A DNA stretch of 64,000 nucleotides from Atractiella rhizophila (lineage: Eukaryota). Positions 13,759 through 27,415 of the stretch are shown in pieces. The notes beneath the pieces are model-generated. The model was not told the DNA's origin. It saw only the letters and a list, made by a program, of their open reading frames with translations, and did not search any database. The stretch's first letter is position 1. The number at the start of each line of letters is the position of its first letter. The translations under genes and the position numbers were made by a program. The stretch covers positions 19,445 to 83,444 of the forward strand of contig MU271180.1 of NCBI GenBank assembly GCA_021432655.1, written 5' to 3'.

Positions 13759-14976
13759 ATGGCCAAAGTCCCGCGCTCTTTCCGGCTACTTGAAGAACTG
13801 GAGAAAGGGGAGAAGGGGATAGGGGACGGCACGTGCTCTTACGGGTTGGCGGATGGGGACGATATTGAGATGAGAGTCTGGAATGGAACCGTCATCGGGC
13901 CTGGTCATGTGGGTTTCTCTTTCCTCCTTGAATCTCGGAGGCAAGCGAGCGAGAGGTTGCGGTGGCCTTGACCGGATTGTGTGATACTGTGCACGACGGG
14001 CACATGCTTGTTGTTGATTGATGATCAGTGATTGAAGGAAACGGAAGAGCTCAGTGCGGTAGAATACAAGAAGTAGGTGAGATCCTACTCATGGGACAAC
14101 AGCTAAACGCCACCCTTCTTTCTCTCCACATATCCAACCTGGTCATCGTTCATAAAGAGCATGTTATTTTATCGTCCGAAGTGTCCAACAGAGGGCAGGG
14201 AACGGAAAGGCGATTCTGCTGAGCTCATTGTATTTTCAAAGAATGAGTCTGCTGTTGTTATTCGTCGGCCGTCCTCGTCTTATTTTAAGCACCATTTATC
14301 ACATAGCCTCTCTTCAACCTTGAGTCAGGCAAGGGAAGCGAAGGTTGAACGAGCAGTGTGAAACGAGCAGTGTGGACAAGTTCTAAATCGAAACATTATG
14401 TTTTCTAGTATAGTCGCTCAGGTCACTTGCTCGCTTCCGCCTCACACCCACAACTCAATGCAAAGTGTGAAACTCAAACACTTCTCTAAAGTATGGACTT
14501 CAACTCTTTGCATTCATTTATTTTGTTTCCAAAGCATTTTTCGACCTCGCTCTGGAACAAAAGGATTAAACTGTCGTTCTAATGATGCGACATGTAGTCT
14601 GTACACGAGAACCGAATCTATTCTTTAAAAATAACCTGTGGAGAGAACTACCCAGATGCGCCACCAACCGTCCAATTCCTAACCAAGATCAATCTCCCCT
14701 TCGTGAACCCACAAAACGGCAACGTAGGCTAATGACCGCTCTCGCTCCTCTAACCCGCTAACTCAAATGGTCAGGTCGACCCCTCTAGACTACCAGTGCT
14801 TGCGAGTTGGCGAAGGACGAGCACACTCGAGACTGTGCTCGTGGAAATTAGGAGGTATGTCTACACTCTCTTCTTAAACGAAGAAACGAACGAACTGATT
14901 TTGGACCATAAACAGAGAAATGGCCAGTTCTAGCAATAGGAAACTCCCCCAGCCGCCAGAAGGATCAATGTTTTGA
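13759..14976 (+). CDS. MMS2: Ubiquitin-conjugating enzyme variant MMS2/UEV1, copy 1 (4 exons)
   Basis: [20 protein letters not shown]...[10 protein letters not shown] / [23 protein letters not shown] / [12 protein letters not shown] / [13 protein letters not shown]; first intron 13909-14597. Confidence 0.95.
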
Positions 14977-15382
14977 GGAACTTGTAGATTGCGAATTGTG
15001 ACTCTTCAAGTATTTCTGGAGGAATGTCTCGGTTCTGTGTCTGATTGAGAAGTGTCTGCGTGAAAATTGTCGAGGAAATGCAATGTTGTTCTCCCACCCA
15101 TGCTACATAATCTTCCACATTGATATTGAGTCCCTTACCCCAGAGTTCCAAAAAAAAGTGGTAACTGGGTGACATTCCAATCTGATCGAAATGGTACGTA
15201 CAAGTGAAATAAGAGGAGCAGGATTTGTACAACCCTCCACGTTACGGGTACCGAGAGTTTGTCAGCCTTACTTTCGATTCGTGTTCAAGAGCAAGGTTTG
15301 AGCATATGTTGCGTGATGTCTGGCCACCAGTCGGAACATTCTCTTTATCATACCCCTATCATCCAGACATAAACCCTAAAGC

Positions 15383-16319
15383 CTAAAGCGTGACCTCAGC
15401 CTTCAAACCCTCCACCGCGCTCCTCACGCATCGTCCCTCCTTCAAAACCGCAAGCACGTTCTCGTCCGTCCTGTCGAAAATAGTGACATCCTCCAACGGA
15501 TTGGCAGCCAAAACGAGAATGTCGGCGAATGCGCCTTCCGTGAGTTGACCGATCTTGCCTTCCAATCCAACGATTTTGGCTAAGTTCGAGTAAGAGAGTG
15601 GGAAGGGCGGAATAGGAGCAGAGGAGACACACCGCCGTTTATTGTAGCTTGTTTTAAGATGGTCGGCGAGGATAGCACTTTGGACCGGACAACAAACTAC
15701 ACCATAGATCATTGTCAGCTATCTTTGCTCCTGCGCAAGGGATTCCGTACCTCTTGTGTGAGATATGGGTGGGTCGGTCCCACCATATCGCTACCGAGTC
15801 CTACTATGACCCCAGCCTTTTCAGCGTTCTGGATCCCGATCAATCCCTGCTCTTTGACAATCTTGTTCTTCTCTTTTGAACGTGGATGAAGCATTCTGTC
15901 GAACGGCGGGTTACCCATGATTTGATGCACTGCAAGCGTCGGGGTCCTTTCATTTGTTTTTTAGATTGAACAGCAGAGCGAGAGAGAAGTGGATGCACAG
16001 AAACATTCCGGCTTCCGCCATCAAGGCTGCTGTGGGCTCATCAACAAGGTTGCCATGTTCTATGCCTCCAAGTCCACCCTTTTTACAAACCCTTGGTCAA
16101 GATCATGCTTTCGCATACAATCAGATAGAAAAAACACACTGCGAGGGCGTGACGAATTCCGGCAGAAGTATAGCAATGAGCGGTGACCAATCTTCCACCC
16201 ATATTCTTCACCGTCGTAGATATAGCTTGCAGCTCCGGGACAGTGAACTGTGTCCCTTCGAGCTTGTCCGTCACGCTCCCTACGCCGCCGGAAGTGTGTA
16301 CCTGCATGCAATCCATTAA
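15383..16319 (-). pseudogene. 5'-truncated duplicate of the amidohydrolase (C-terminal half only)
   Basis: Begins at VHTSGGVGS at the duplication junction; lacks the N-terminal HxH metal-binding exons. Confidence 0.85.
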
Positions 16320-16410
16320 AAGGGATGTCGTGCAGTCATCAACCATCGTCATCCTCCCTCACCATCAGCTGAGATCAAGATAAGATCAACAGGGAAAGAA
16401 GGAAAGAAAG

Positions 16411-17632
16411 ATGGCCAAAGTCCCGCGCTCTTTCCGGCTACTTGAAGAACTGGAGAAAGGGGAGAAGGGGATAGGGGACGGCACGTGCTCTTACGGGTTG
16501 GCAGATGGGGACGATATTGAGATGAGAGTCTGGAATGGAACCGTCATCGGGCCTGGTCATGTGGGTTTCTCTTTCTTCCTTGAATCTCGGAGGCAAGCGA
16601 GCGAGAGGTTGCGGTGGCCTTGACCGGATTGTGTGATCTGCTGTACCATGGCGGACACATGCTTGCCGTTGATTGATGATCAGTGATTGAAGGAAACGGA
16701 AGAGCTCAGTGCGGTAGAATACAAGAAGTAGGTGAGATCCTACTCATGGGACAACAGCTAAACGCCACCCTTCTTTCTCTCCACATATCCAACCTGGTCA
16801 TCGTTCATAAAGAGCATGTTATTTTATCGTCCGAAGTGTCCAACAGAGGGCAGGGAACGGAAAGGCGATTCTGCTGAGCTCATTGTATTTTCAAAGAATG
16901 AGTCTGCTGTTGTTATTCGTCGGCCGTCCTCGTCTTATTTTAAGCACCATTTATCACATAGCCTCTCTTCAACCTTGAGTCAGGCAAGGGAAGCGAAGGT
17001 TGAACGAGCAGTGTGAAACGAGCAGTGTGGACAAGTTCTAAATCGAAACATTATGTTTTCTAGTATAGTCGCTACAGGTCACTTGCTCGCTTCCGCCTCA
17101 CACCCACAACTCAATGCAAAGTGTGAAACTCAAACACTTCTCTAAAGTATGGACTTCAACTCTTTGCATTCATTTATTTTGTTTCCAAAGTATTTTTCGA
17201 CCTCGCTCTGGAACAAAAGGATTAAACTGTCGTTCTAATGATGCGACATGTAGTCTGTACACGAGAACCGAATCTATTCTTTAAAAATAACCTGTGGAGA
17301 GAACTACCCAGATGCGCCACCGACCGTCCAATTCCTAACCAAGATCAATCTCCCCTTCGTGAACCCACAAAACGGCAACGTAGGCTAATGACCGCTCTCG
17401 CTCCTCTAACCCGCTAACTCAAATGGTCAGGTCGACCCCTCTAGACTACCAGTGCTTGCGAGTTGGCGAAGGACGAGCACACTCGAGACTGTGCTCGTGG
17501 AAATTAGGAGGTATGTCTACACTCTCTTCTTAAACGAAGAAACGAACGAACTGATTTTGGACCATAAACAGAGAAATGGCCAGTTCTAGCAATAGGAAAC
17601 TCCCCCAGCCGCCAGAAGGATCAATGTTTTGA
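16411..17632 (+). CDS. MMS2: MMS2/UEV1, copy 2
   Basis: Same four exons as copy 1, reading frame intact. Confidence 0.93.
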
Positions 17633-18038
17633 GGAACTTGTAGATTGCGAATTGTGACTCTTCAAGTATTTCTGGAGGAATGTCTCGGTTCTGTGTCTGA
17701 TTGAGAAGTGTCTGCGTGAAAATTGTCGAGGAAATGCAATGTTGTTCTCCCACCCATGCTACATAATCTTCCACATTGATATTGAGTCCCTTACCCCAGA
17801 GTTCCAAAAAAAAGTGGTAACTGGGTGACATTCCAATCTGATCGAAATGGTACGTACAAGTGAAATAAGAGGAGCAGGATTTGTACAACCCTCCACGTTA
17901 CGGGTACCGAGAGTTTGTCAGCCTTACTTTCGATTCGTGTTCAGGAGCAAGGTTTGAGCATATGTTGCGTGATGTCTGGCCACCAGTCGGAACATTCTCT
18001 TTATCATACCCCTATCATCCAGACATAAACCCTAAAGC

Positions 18039-19992
18039 CTAAAGCGTGACCTCAGCCTTCAAACCCTCCACCGCGCTCCTCACGCATCGTCCCTCCTTCA
18101 AAACCGCAAGCACGTTCTCGTCCGTCCTGTCGAAAATAGTGACATCCTCCAACGGATTGGCAGCCAAAACGAGAATGTCGGCGAATGCGCCTTCCGTGAG
18201 TTGACCGATCTTGCCTTCCAATCCAACGATTTTGGCTAAGTTCGAGTAAGAGAGTGGGAAGGGCGGAATAGGAGCAGAGGAGACACACCGCCGTTTATTG
18301 TAGCTTGTTTTAAGATGGTCGGCGAGGATAGCACTTTGGACCGGACAACAAACTACACCATAGATCATTGTCAGCTATCTTTGCTCCTGCGCAAGGGATT
18401 CCGTACCTCTTGTGTGAGATATGGGTGGGTCGGTCCCACCATATCGCTACCGAGTCCTACTATGACCCCAGCCTTTTCAGCGTTCTGGATACCGATCAAT
18501 CCCTGCTCTTTGACAATCTTGTTCTTCTCTTTTGAGCGTGGATGAAGCATTTTGTCGAACGGCGGGTTACCCATGATTTGATGCACTGCAAGCGTCGGGG
18601 TCCTTTTATTTGTTCTTTAGATCGAGTAGCAGAGCGAGAGAAGTGGACGCACAGAAACATTCCGGCTTCCGCCATCAAGGCTGCTGTGGGCTCATCAACA
18701 AGGTTGCCATGTTCTATGCCTCCAAGTCCACCCTTTTTACAAACCCTTGGTCAAGATCATGCTTTCGCATACGATCAGATAGAAAAAACACACTGCGAGG
18801 GCGTGACGAATTCCGGCAGACGTATAGCAATGTGCGGTAACCAATCTTCCGCCCATATTCTTCACCGTCGTAGATATCGCTTGCAGCTCCGGGATAGTGA
18901 ACTGTGTCCCTTCGAGCTTGTCCGTCACGCTCCCTACGCCGCCGGAAGTGTGTACCTGCATGCAATGCATTAAGTTGAGCATCCATATCGGAGCACAGAC
19001 AGCGAAATACTTTGATGTGGTCCGCTCCTTGCCGCATGTCTGTGCACAACCTCTCAACGAAAGATGGAGAAAGAGAAGACTAGCGTACGGGTCCGCGCCT
19101 CTCGAAGGCATGCATCCACACCATCGGCCACTACAGCTATGCCTCCTGTCCTTCCACCAGCGCAACATCCCGCGTTGTTTGCATAGGGATCGCCTCCATC
19201 TCCATGTCCACCAGTCTGGAGGAAGGTAAAGTCAGACCTCTTTCTTGCACTTAGGGAAGGAAAGCGAGCTGGACCTGAGAGATAGACGATCCGCCTTGGA
19301 AAATTCTTGGTCCCGGAATGAGCCATTCAGCTGTGGCGTCCGCTATTGGCCCATCAGTCAATTGTAAAAGGACTGCGGATGCAACTTACCGTGCGCTTTC
19401 GTCGCTCCTCCCACATCCCTAACAGTCGTGTAGCCTTTCGATAACATGAGCTTCAGCACCCAGGTCGAACGCAGGACACTCTTGTCCCTATCCATCGACC
19501 CAAGATCTGACATAGCACTATCTCCAGGAGCAGCGGTGATGTGGACCTTTCGCAATTATCAACACTGTTGGGTTCAATAAAAGAGAATAACACAGACGTG
19601 ACAATCTATGAGGCCGGGACAGAGGTACAATCCTTTAAGATCGACGACCGTAACTTCTTCCTCTTCCCTCGAAGAGACGGAGAGGTGTTCAAACTCCTCT
19701 TCCTCATTTGAAAGGACTCCGCTAATCACTCCATCTTTAACTATGAGCGAATACCCATCCAGAATCGAGAGCGTTGTAGTGTCCACGATGTTTGCATCTA
19801 CCCCCAAATGCCCAAATGAAAAGCGGTTTTCGAAACTGCATAACGAGGAGACAAACTGATGAACTTCAACGCCTTGGCAGCAGCAAGCTCCCAAGGCTTT
19901 GCACTCAAATCTGCTTTTGGATCTGGCGGATAAGCAAATGAATAGGCATTCTTCTTTTCATCCACCACATCTTTTGTTTGCGATAGATGCAT
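18039..19992 (-). CDS. Metal-dependent amidohydrolase (Xaa-Pro dipeptidase/ochratoxinase-like subgroup)
   Basis: PGLIDCHVH, GYTTVRDVGG, QTGGHGD, GADHIK, VTAHCY, IEHGN, GSDMVG, GAFADILVL motifs. Confidence 0.9.
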
Positions 19993-20828
19993 CGTGCCGC
20001 ACTAAGCTACTACGAGAAGAGAGCCTTTGCATCTCTATGATCAAATCAAACGGCTCCTTATGAAGTCGTATGCATTTTGAAATTGTGATACGCTCCACGG
20101 CACCCTCGGCTTGGCTTGCGGGAACAAGGTTACCACATATGCAAGCGCAGCAAACCAAATCTTCATTTCTTAAACTTTCCCAACAACAGGGGACGCGACA
20201 ATTTGGTATCACTGAAGAAAACGTTACCCGCTCTTGAGTGTCTCGTTCAAATCTGATTAATCTGATTCAGTATGAGAGAGATTAGAAATCGAGGCCAATA
20301 TGTCGAGAAATGGCTGTAAACCAGGAGAGTTTTCGAAACTGCATAACGAGGAGACAAACTGATGAACTTCAACGCCTTGGCAGCAGCAAGCTCCCAAGGC
20401 TTTGCACTCAAATCTGCTTTTGGATCTGGCGGATAAGCAAATGAATAGGCATTCTTCTTTTCATCCACCACATCTTTTGTTTGCGATAGATGCATCGTGC
20501 CGCACTAAGCTACTACGAGAAGAGAGGCTTTGCATCTCCATGATCAAATCAAACGGCTCCTTATGAAGTCGATGCATTTTGAAATTGTGATACGCTCCAC
20601 GGCACCGTCGGCTTGGTTGCGGGAACAAGGTTACCAGATATGCAAGCGCAGCAAACCAAATCTTCATTTCTTAAACTTTCCCAACAACGGGGGACGCGAC
20701 AATTTGGTATCACTGAAGAAAACGTTATCCGCTCTTGAGTGTCTCGTTCAAATCTGATTAATCTGATTCAGTATGAGAGAGACTAGAAATCGAGGCCAAT
20801 ATGTCGAGAAATGGCTGTAAACCAGGAG
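19827..20828. repeat. Tandem duplication of about 500 bp covering amidohydrolase exon 1 and its promoter
   Basis: 19827-20327 and 20330-20828 are near-identical; MHLSQTKDVV... exon appears twice. Confidence 0.95.
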
Positions 20829-20895
20829 TCAGTCCCAATTCTACAGTGAAAATAATTTTAAGTGACAAACCACCGTTGCTAAGCTTATGCTTGCA

Positions 20896-22531
20896 TCAAC
20901 TCCACCACTGTACCCCCACACCAGCACTTCTCACAACGCCCCCACTACCCATTCCTCCATCGCCCTGCAGAGCGGCCTTAACACCGACGCTCCAAATCGT
21001 GTGCTTCCATTTACCCTCCCACAAGATCGCAGCTTCCTACGCTTCCCGCAATCCCATTAGACTATCTGATAGAAGGGGGAAAAGAAGCAGGAAAGTTACG
21101 GCATTCGTCGATATTCGAGCACGAAGCACGGAAGTACGGTGCAGGAGGGGAGATCGGAAGAAGGAGGTCAAGAGGTCGTCGCTGTGTTTCTTTTGTTCTC
21201 TGTCCCCGATGGCCGTCGCAGATCCAGCTTCTATCTGTGCGAGCGATGATTTCGCGGATATGGAAGCTGAGGTAATAGCAGTTTTAGCTGGTAGCACTGT
21301 TTCGGAGGATGAGGATGAGGATGAGGATGAGGGGTACGGGGAGGGTAAATAAGACACTCCGAATGCGAGAGCAGAGTCGTATGAGAAGAGGTTGTATTCG
21401 AAGCTTCCCTCTAGATTCAACATCCTATTAGGCAGAAGAGAGAAAGGCTGACCGAGTTCCCACTGACAAAGAAGGCGTCACCGCTGTTGAATAAGTGGAG
21501 GACATGTTGCCCATTAATGGATTCAGGGTAAAGGTGATCACCGTTGGCGGCTGGTCGGGATGTGGAAGGGTACAGAATCGGAGCCCCGTCGACACTTTAA
21601 CCATGAAAGAACATGATCAACATGTTCTGCACACATCAAATCAGAAAAGGACAAAGGAGACCTACTCCCTCCGGATTTCTCGAGCAAAGAGAAGAAGATT
21701 TCTCCACCAACGCTCCAAACACCTTTCAATCCCCTCCCTGCATCCTCATCCCCTCCTTCTCTAGCGGCAGCTGGTGTGATTGCGTTCTGCGAAGGGGGGA
21801 AGTTGTAAAGGTGCTTTATACCCATCATTCCGTCTGCTAGGGAATAAGAGTATTCAGATGACCAGGTGCGTGTCATCTGCTGAAGGGATAGTAGGATCGA
21901 AGAGGTGTTTGCATTGATGGCGGAAGAGGAGGAAGAGGGAGGAAGGGAAACCATAGAGATCAATCCGTGTAGGGTAGGGCTGAGTCGACGGGCATAGAGA
22001 GCGTCGAGGCGTGAGGTAGGAAAGTAGAGTCTCCCATAGAGGAGGAAAGGTTTGTCACCGTCCTTTTCCGTAAGAGAAATGGATGGAGAACTTGAAGGTG
22101 GTGGAGGGACGGAAAAGAGGCGGAGGTGGGGTAGTGGACGGAGGGGTATGGAGGAGAAGATGTAGGTTAGCGAACTATGGAGCGGGGTTGAACTTGCATT
22201 AGCAGACGGAGAGAGGGCATCGAGGTGTAGAGATGAGTGAAAGAGTGGCGTCGGCGAGCGAGAGGTGGAAAGATGGAAACCGGTAGGAAGTGAGAAGTCC
22301 AGAATCCCTGCGGTTTGTTTCAACGTCAGCACAATGTCAAGGTCTCATCACCTTCATCCAATGATACAGTCAACTTTGTTGGTATGAAGGTTGAGCACAG
22401 GAACTAGGAACGGAAATGCAGTAAAAAAGCTCACTCTGCGACGGCAATAACAAGGAGGAATATGTCTGAGAATGCGGCCACCCTTGCGCAAAGTAGTAGG
22501 ATTCAAGCACAGATGAGGTGTAAGCTTCCAT
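20896..22531 (-). CDS. MDM10: Mitochondrial distribution and morphology protein 10 (ERMES/SAM beta-barrel)
   Basis: YYFAQGW..YSSL, ILDFSLPTG, LLYGRLYFPTSRLDALYARRLSPT, EYSYS..DGMMG, GGEIFFSLLEKSGG, TLNPLMGNMSSTY, NLFSYDS. Confidence 0.9.
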
Positions 22532-22968
22532 TTTGTAGCACAGTATCAACGGAACCTTCAGGAAGAACAAAGAAATATCGCAGCAAAAAACACCAGATTA
22601 GGTTTGCTGTAAGAAAATTGTTAAACCTAAACCATGTAAGCTCACCCTAACCTGGCGCCATAGCCCAAATTAATGGAAATCAGCCTTTCTCACCATCTCA
22701 GAAGTTTCGTGACTATTTCCATTGGTAAGTCACCTTCAAGTCGAGCGGTTCGTTCTTGCTCAGCGTCAGTGATTTCATTTCCAAGTTGCAACAAGATGGT
22801 TTTCAGATACCAGTACCAATTGCAACAGGTGGAAGTGTACAAAGATTCGCTGAAAATGGTGATTGTATTCATGAGGAAATACGCTCAAGCTCCATATAAA
22901 GTTTAGAAGTTCCTCAATATGTAATAGGATCACCTTCCGGCATAATTCCGCCACGTTTGCACATGAGG

Positions 22969-24018
22969 CTAGTAAACATAAGGGACAATCCTTCTTGTCA
23001 CAGTTTCTTTGTACTGGATCCACAGTGTTCCATACTTTCCATTCATATGCCTCTCAAAATCTTCAAAACCAGCCGAGAACTGTTTCAGCTGAATGACGGT
23101 ACACAAGGCAGAACTGGTCAAAGAGCCGGCTGAGATGAACAGACCGGCTCGCCACACAGTGTAACCGAGGTAGTTTGGGTGACGGCTGCATCGCGTTGGA
23201 CACTCGTACAAGCTCAAGGCAGAAAGAGGCAAAAGGACGTACACAAGTCCCCAAAGTTGCGAATTGTCAACCTTGCCCTTGTTCCTTGGATCACGCTTGA
23301 AATTCTTTCTCGTCTCTTCAGCATATAACTCAACGCCTAGCCCGATAAGTACTAAGGCGGCTCCAAAATACCTCCAGTTTCTTCGTCAAAAGCAGGTCAT
23401 CAGGGTGGATATTGACGCACTGTTTCCATCCCAGCGCATCGGGAGTGCCAGTCGCCAACAGATAGCTGCATATGGCGGATACGGTTGTGTCAAAAAGGTT
23501 GTTATAGACTGCGACGCCGATGGAGGATGCGACAGGGAATTTGATGCTGCAGGTCTGACTAATCCACCAAGCCTGACAAAACAGCAGTCAGGAACTGAAA
23601 GTCGCAGAGATGGAGGGATTTCGTACATGGCGCATGGCCGATAGGGAGTAAAGCACAACAAGCAGCGTTGGTAGTGTTCCAAGTCCTCGAAATGGGACTA
23701 TCTGGTAGCCGCGGACGCCAGAGTTCGACGATATTAGCCTGTCATCCATTGAAGGAGAAGAGTTCTACTTACATGGATGCCCAACTGCGCAATCCAGGTG
23801 TCTGAGTTGTGAGACAGCACAGGGAAGTCCTTTGAGGCTATTCCGACCTTTTGAAAGAGTTTTAAAAAAGTCGAATTTCTGAGGAGCACTGCCTGGATGA
23901 AAGGGGAGAAAGCGCGGCCCCCGACAAGACAAAGCTGGGAGAGAACGCTGGGATGACCAGTTTTAGACCGTGGCATCATTGGGTTGTCTTTCGACCCAGA
24001 CTGAGGAGTGCTGGACAT
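22969..24018 (-). CDS. DUF1295 / steroid 5-alpha-reductase C-terminal-like membrane protein
   Basis: SRHPNYLGYTVWRAG and C-terminal HMNGKYGTLWIQYKETVTRRIVPYVY. Confidence 0.75.
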
Positions 24019-25247
24019 GACTTTCTACAGGCAGATACCACGACCTGAAGGAAAGCTGTGAGCGGTTTTGGGCTTTAAACGCCACACTTGACGACAGGTG
24101 GTAAACGGGGATTGATGGCCATCGAGACAGACATGTCAGCTGCTGTCAGCAGCATGAGAGAGAGAACGGTTGTCGCCGCACGCCGCGCAACGCCGACTCT
24201 GATGTTGTCTAGCTGAAAGCTTGCGGTCTCCGGGACCAGACGGTAAAGAGATGGGAACAATCTAATCCTTCAGCCACAGTTTAAAAGTATTGTCCAAATA
24301 GATGAGTTCCTAAAAGCTTTTCACAGCTAGGGCTATTGAAGAATTTTCAAAGCAAGCTAAATAGGGGGTTTCAAAGCACCTCAGGTAGTTCCAGCACCAA
24401 GCAGGCAGCAAACTCTTCTAAGCAGGATGCGGCGAGATCGCTTGTAGTTTGGATGCAGCTTCTCCTCTCTTCAACTTTTCCATAAATTTCATCGCAATAA
24501 AATTGCCTCTATTACTTCCGAAGTTCTGATTTTAGTACCCAAACTTGGAGAAGCCAGCGGCTAATTCGGCAATCATACTTTTACTTTCACACAATTGCAG
24601 CTGGAGTTGCAAACGACACAGGGTTCGAACGTTCAGGAGAACCCCTCCCCAGTCGTGACCGTTCGTCGAAGAAGCGGAGAGACCGCTTCGACTCGCCTTG
24701 CAAACACCTTAACCGTTCTCTTGTTCAAGTACCCTGAGGATCAGCGATCCGCAGGTCAATACTGTGTGGAACTTGAATAAGAGCGGGAAAAAGGCGATAA
24801 AGTTGGGTGGATTAAACAGGATTTACCTTTCCGTCCACCGAGTGGAAAGTCATGGCCAGCATCATGACATCTGTTTGAGCTGGTTGAGAGGGGCTGAAGC
24901 ATCGATGAAAGCCCGCCAGATATTCCCTACAAACAAAGTTGGGTTATGATCCATTTCAACATCGGACTTGAGCAATTTGGGTACACATGAAAGTTCTGCC
25001 GAGTCCGCCTGCGTAAGTGCTATCTCCAAGCGTTTCCACGTGAAGATGGTGGTGATCATATCCAACCATATCCAACCCATCGAAACTTTGAGTAGCATGG
25101 CCGAACCAGACCTGTGCAAACGTTCAAAGAGAAGGTGAAACGAGAAACCACCACAGTCCCTCCACACCTTCCCCAGTGGAAGCAGCAGTTTATATACCTA
25201 CCGAAGTCTTGATAGCCTTCTTTCTCTTCCAGCTTTTCACCGTAAAC

Positions 25248-27070
25248 ATGGCCACATTTATCCCCGTCCCGACTAGTGTGAGTCTCCTTCATCTTCATCC
25301 CTCGTCGTCAACTGACATGGCTTTGGCAGGCGTACAACCAAGGAGTTTTGCCCATTGTCATAGCTGCACACATCTCTAATGGCACGTAACTCCAAAATTG
25401 TCTGAGTATGCGAGCTGACGCCTTGAATATCTTAGTGCTCCTTGGGGTCAACATTGCCCCAGTTGTACGCCTCCCTTCTCCTTCAACCCCAGAAAACCAT
25501 TGGGATTCATAATTTCATTGCAGCTTCGTCGTGTCACGATTGCTAGTGCGGAGATCAGATCCAAACAAATTCATTTGGGGCATCTTGACCTCGCTGCTGC
25601 TGTGGGGTCTTTGCGACAGGTCGCTCTCCCTCTTGATCCTTCAAGTCTACAGCTGACATCGACATCAACAGCATTGCGAAAGAACATTTCGTCACAGAGT
25701 ACGGTAGGAGGGCTGCGATCAGTGGTCTTCTCAGCTTCGCCGGACATCTACCAGAGTCGGTCAGTCTTCATTTAGCCATCCCCTTACGTCCCACGCGCAG
25801 TCTCAACTTACTTCCATCTTGACAACGCCGCCCTGCAGGTGGTTCCGTTTTTGGTCGCAGACGCTGGAATCGTGATCACGACTCATGTCGTGTACATCAC
25901 ACGGTAAGAATTCCCGATGTTTCTGTCAGTTTGGGCTAATGTGTGACGATGAAAGGATATGGAACATGCTTCCCGCTGTCGATATCTCTCGCGCCGTCAC
26001 TGGAACGAAACGAGGCCGACACATCTTCACCAAACTGTCAGTTCCTTGCATGACAGTCTGAATTTGATACCCATGATCTATGCCAGCACCCTCCTCTTAG
26101 CCGCCTGCCTCTCCCTAACTCAGGTATGACACACGTCACTGAGCCGTCATGTCATAATTGTTCCTTCTATCAGATTCCCTTCACCATCCTCGTCACCATA
26201 CGGCTCACCAACAAGCTTCCCAGCGAGTGGTTCCCAGGACTCACTGCCATCCTATCCTCCTACCTCGCCTGCGCTGGTACCCAACATTCTCTTCTTCGAC
26301 AAATTCTGATCTGATTATGTGTGACATCTAGCTGGAGCCGACTTGATTCTCTGCATCACCTTCGTCTACAATGTCAAAGCGCAAAAAGGAGGTTTCATGG
26401 ACGCTCACAGCTGGTGGGTTCAGGTGCGTCATTTTCCTTCCCACCACATTTTTCAGGCTCAACTCATTGTACTTTTTGTGCTCTGACAGTGGGCTCGTAT
26501 CGGAATGGAGTGTATGGGTATCCCAACTGTTCTGCAAATCGCTCGATGGGTCCTTGTTCAAACCATGCCTGTCTGTCTCTCTTTTCTTCAACGGAAGCTT
26601 ACTGAGGTGTGTCTCATATGTCACAGGAGAAAGCATACCATTACGCAGGTTTGTGCACATACTCTGTCCTTGAGGCGAGCGATCCTGAAATTGAATTGCA
26701 GTCACATACGTGATCACGAAGCTCTATACAGCTTCGGTGCTCGCACTCTACACAACTGTTCTCAGCAAACCCGAAGGAGGAAACATCAGCGAAAAGCGCT
26801 CGAAGATAGGCGGGACGACCTATGGAAACACGAGCCACATTCAGGCAAGTATTCCTCACTCCTCCTACGTCGCTAGGTGCAGTTATTGAACGAGGGTAGA
26901 TGTCGCAGGTGACTACCATCCCTCGGAACGGGGCAAGGTCAGCATTGGATGAGGATGAGATTGAGGTCGATAGGATTCACTTACAGCCTACTTCGAGACA
27001 AGTCGGAATGAAGTCGGATGAGGAGGAGTGGAAACACGATTCGTCCTCCTCAAGCCCTACTGCTTATTGA
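25248..27070 (+). CDS. Multi-exon membrane protein of unknown function
   Basis: Series of hydrophobic exons separated by short GT-AG introns (LLGVNIAQLY, YASTLLLAACLSLTQ, IPFTILVTIRL, WYRNGVYG); hydrophilic C-terminal tail. Confidence 0.55.
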
Positions 27071-27415
27071 TCCCTTTCTTCCTACTTGGCGTCCTCATAG
27101 AGGCAGAGCGGAAAGTCAAACTTGGACTTTGGGCTTGAATGCTTTTCGTGTTGTTATTTATCTCTGTGCTGGTATTCGTTGTAAGCAAGCTTCACGGCGT
27201 GCTGTTCTTGTGCATGTTGTGGCAGAAAGCAAATACATTCTTTTTAAAGTCAATGGCGTTGCAGCGAGCACACTTATATCCATCCATCGACGACTGAGAG
27301 ACTTGCAGAAACTTCCACTATCACAACCTTGGCACACACATCGTGCCCCTTGCCCCTTAGCCTCAACCAGCAATGAAAACAACCGACCATGGGTGCCTTT
27401 CAAATTGTACCATCC

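Larger units (their letters stand above)
13671..18973. repeat. Tandem segmental duplication, unit about 2.65 kb (13671-16319 and 16323-18973)
   Basis: Near-identical sequence offset by 2652-2656 bp; scattered substitutions and small indels. Confidence 0.97.

Noticed and set aside
14930..15232. 100-aa minus ORF present in both duplication units
   Set aside because: Antisense to the MMS2 3' end; its recurrence is explained by the recent duplication.
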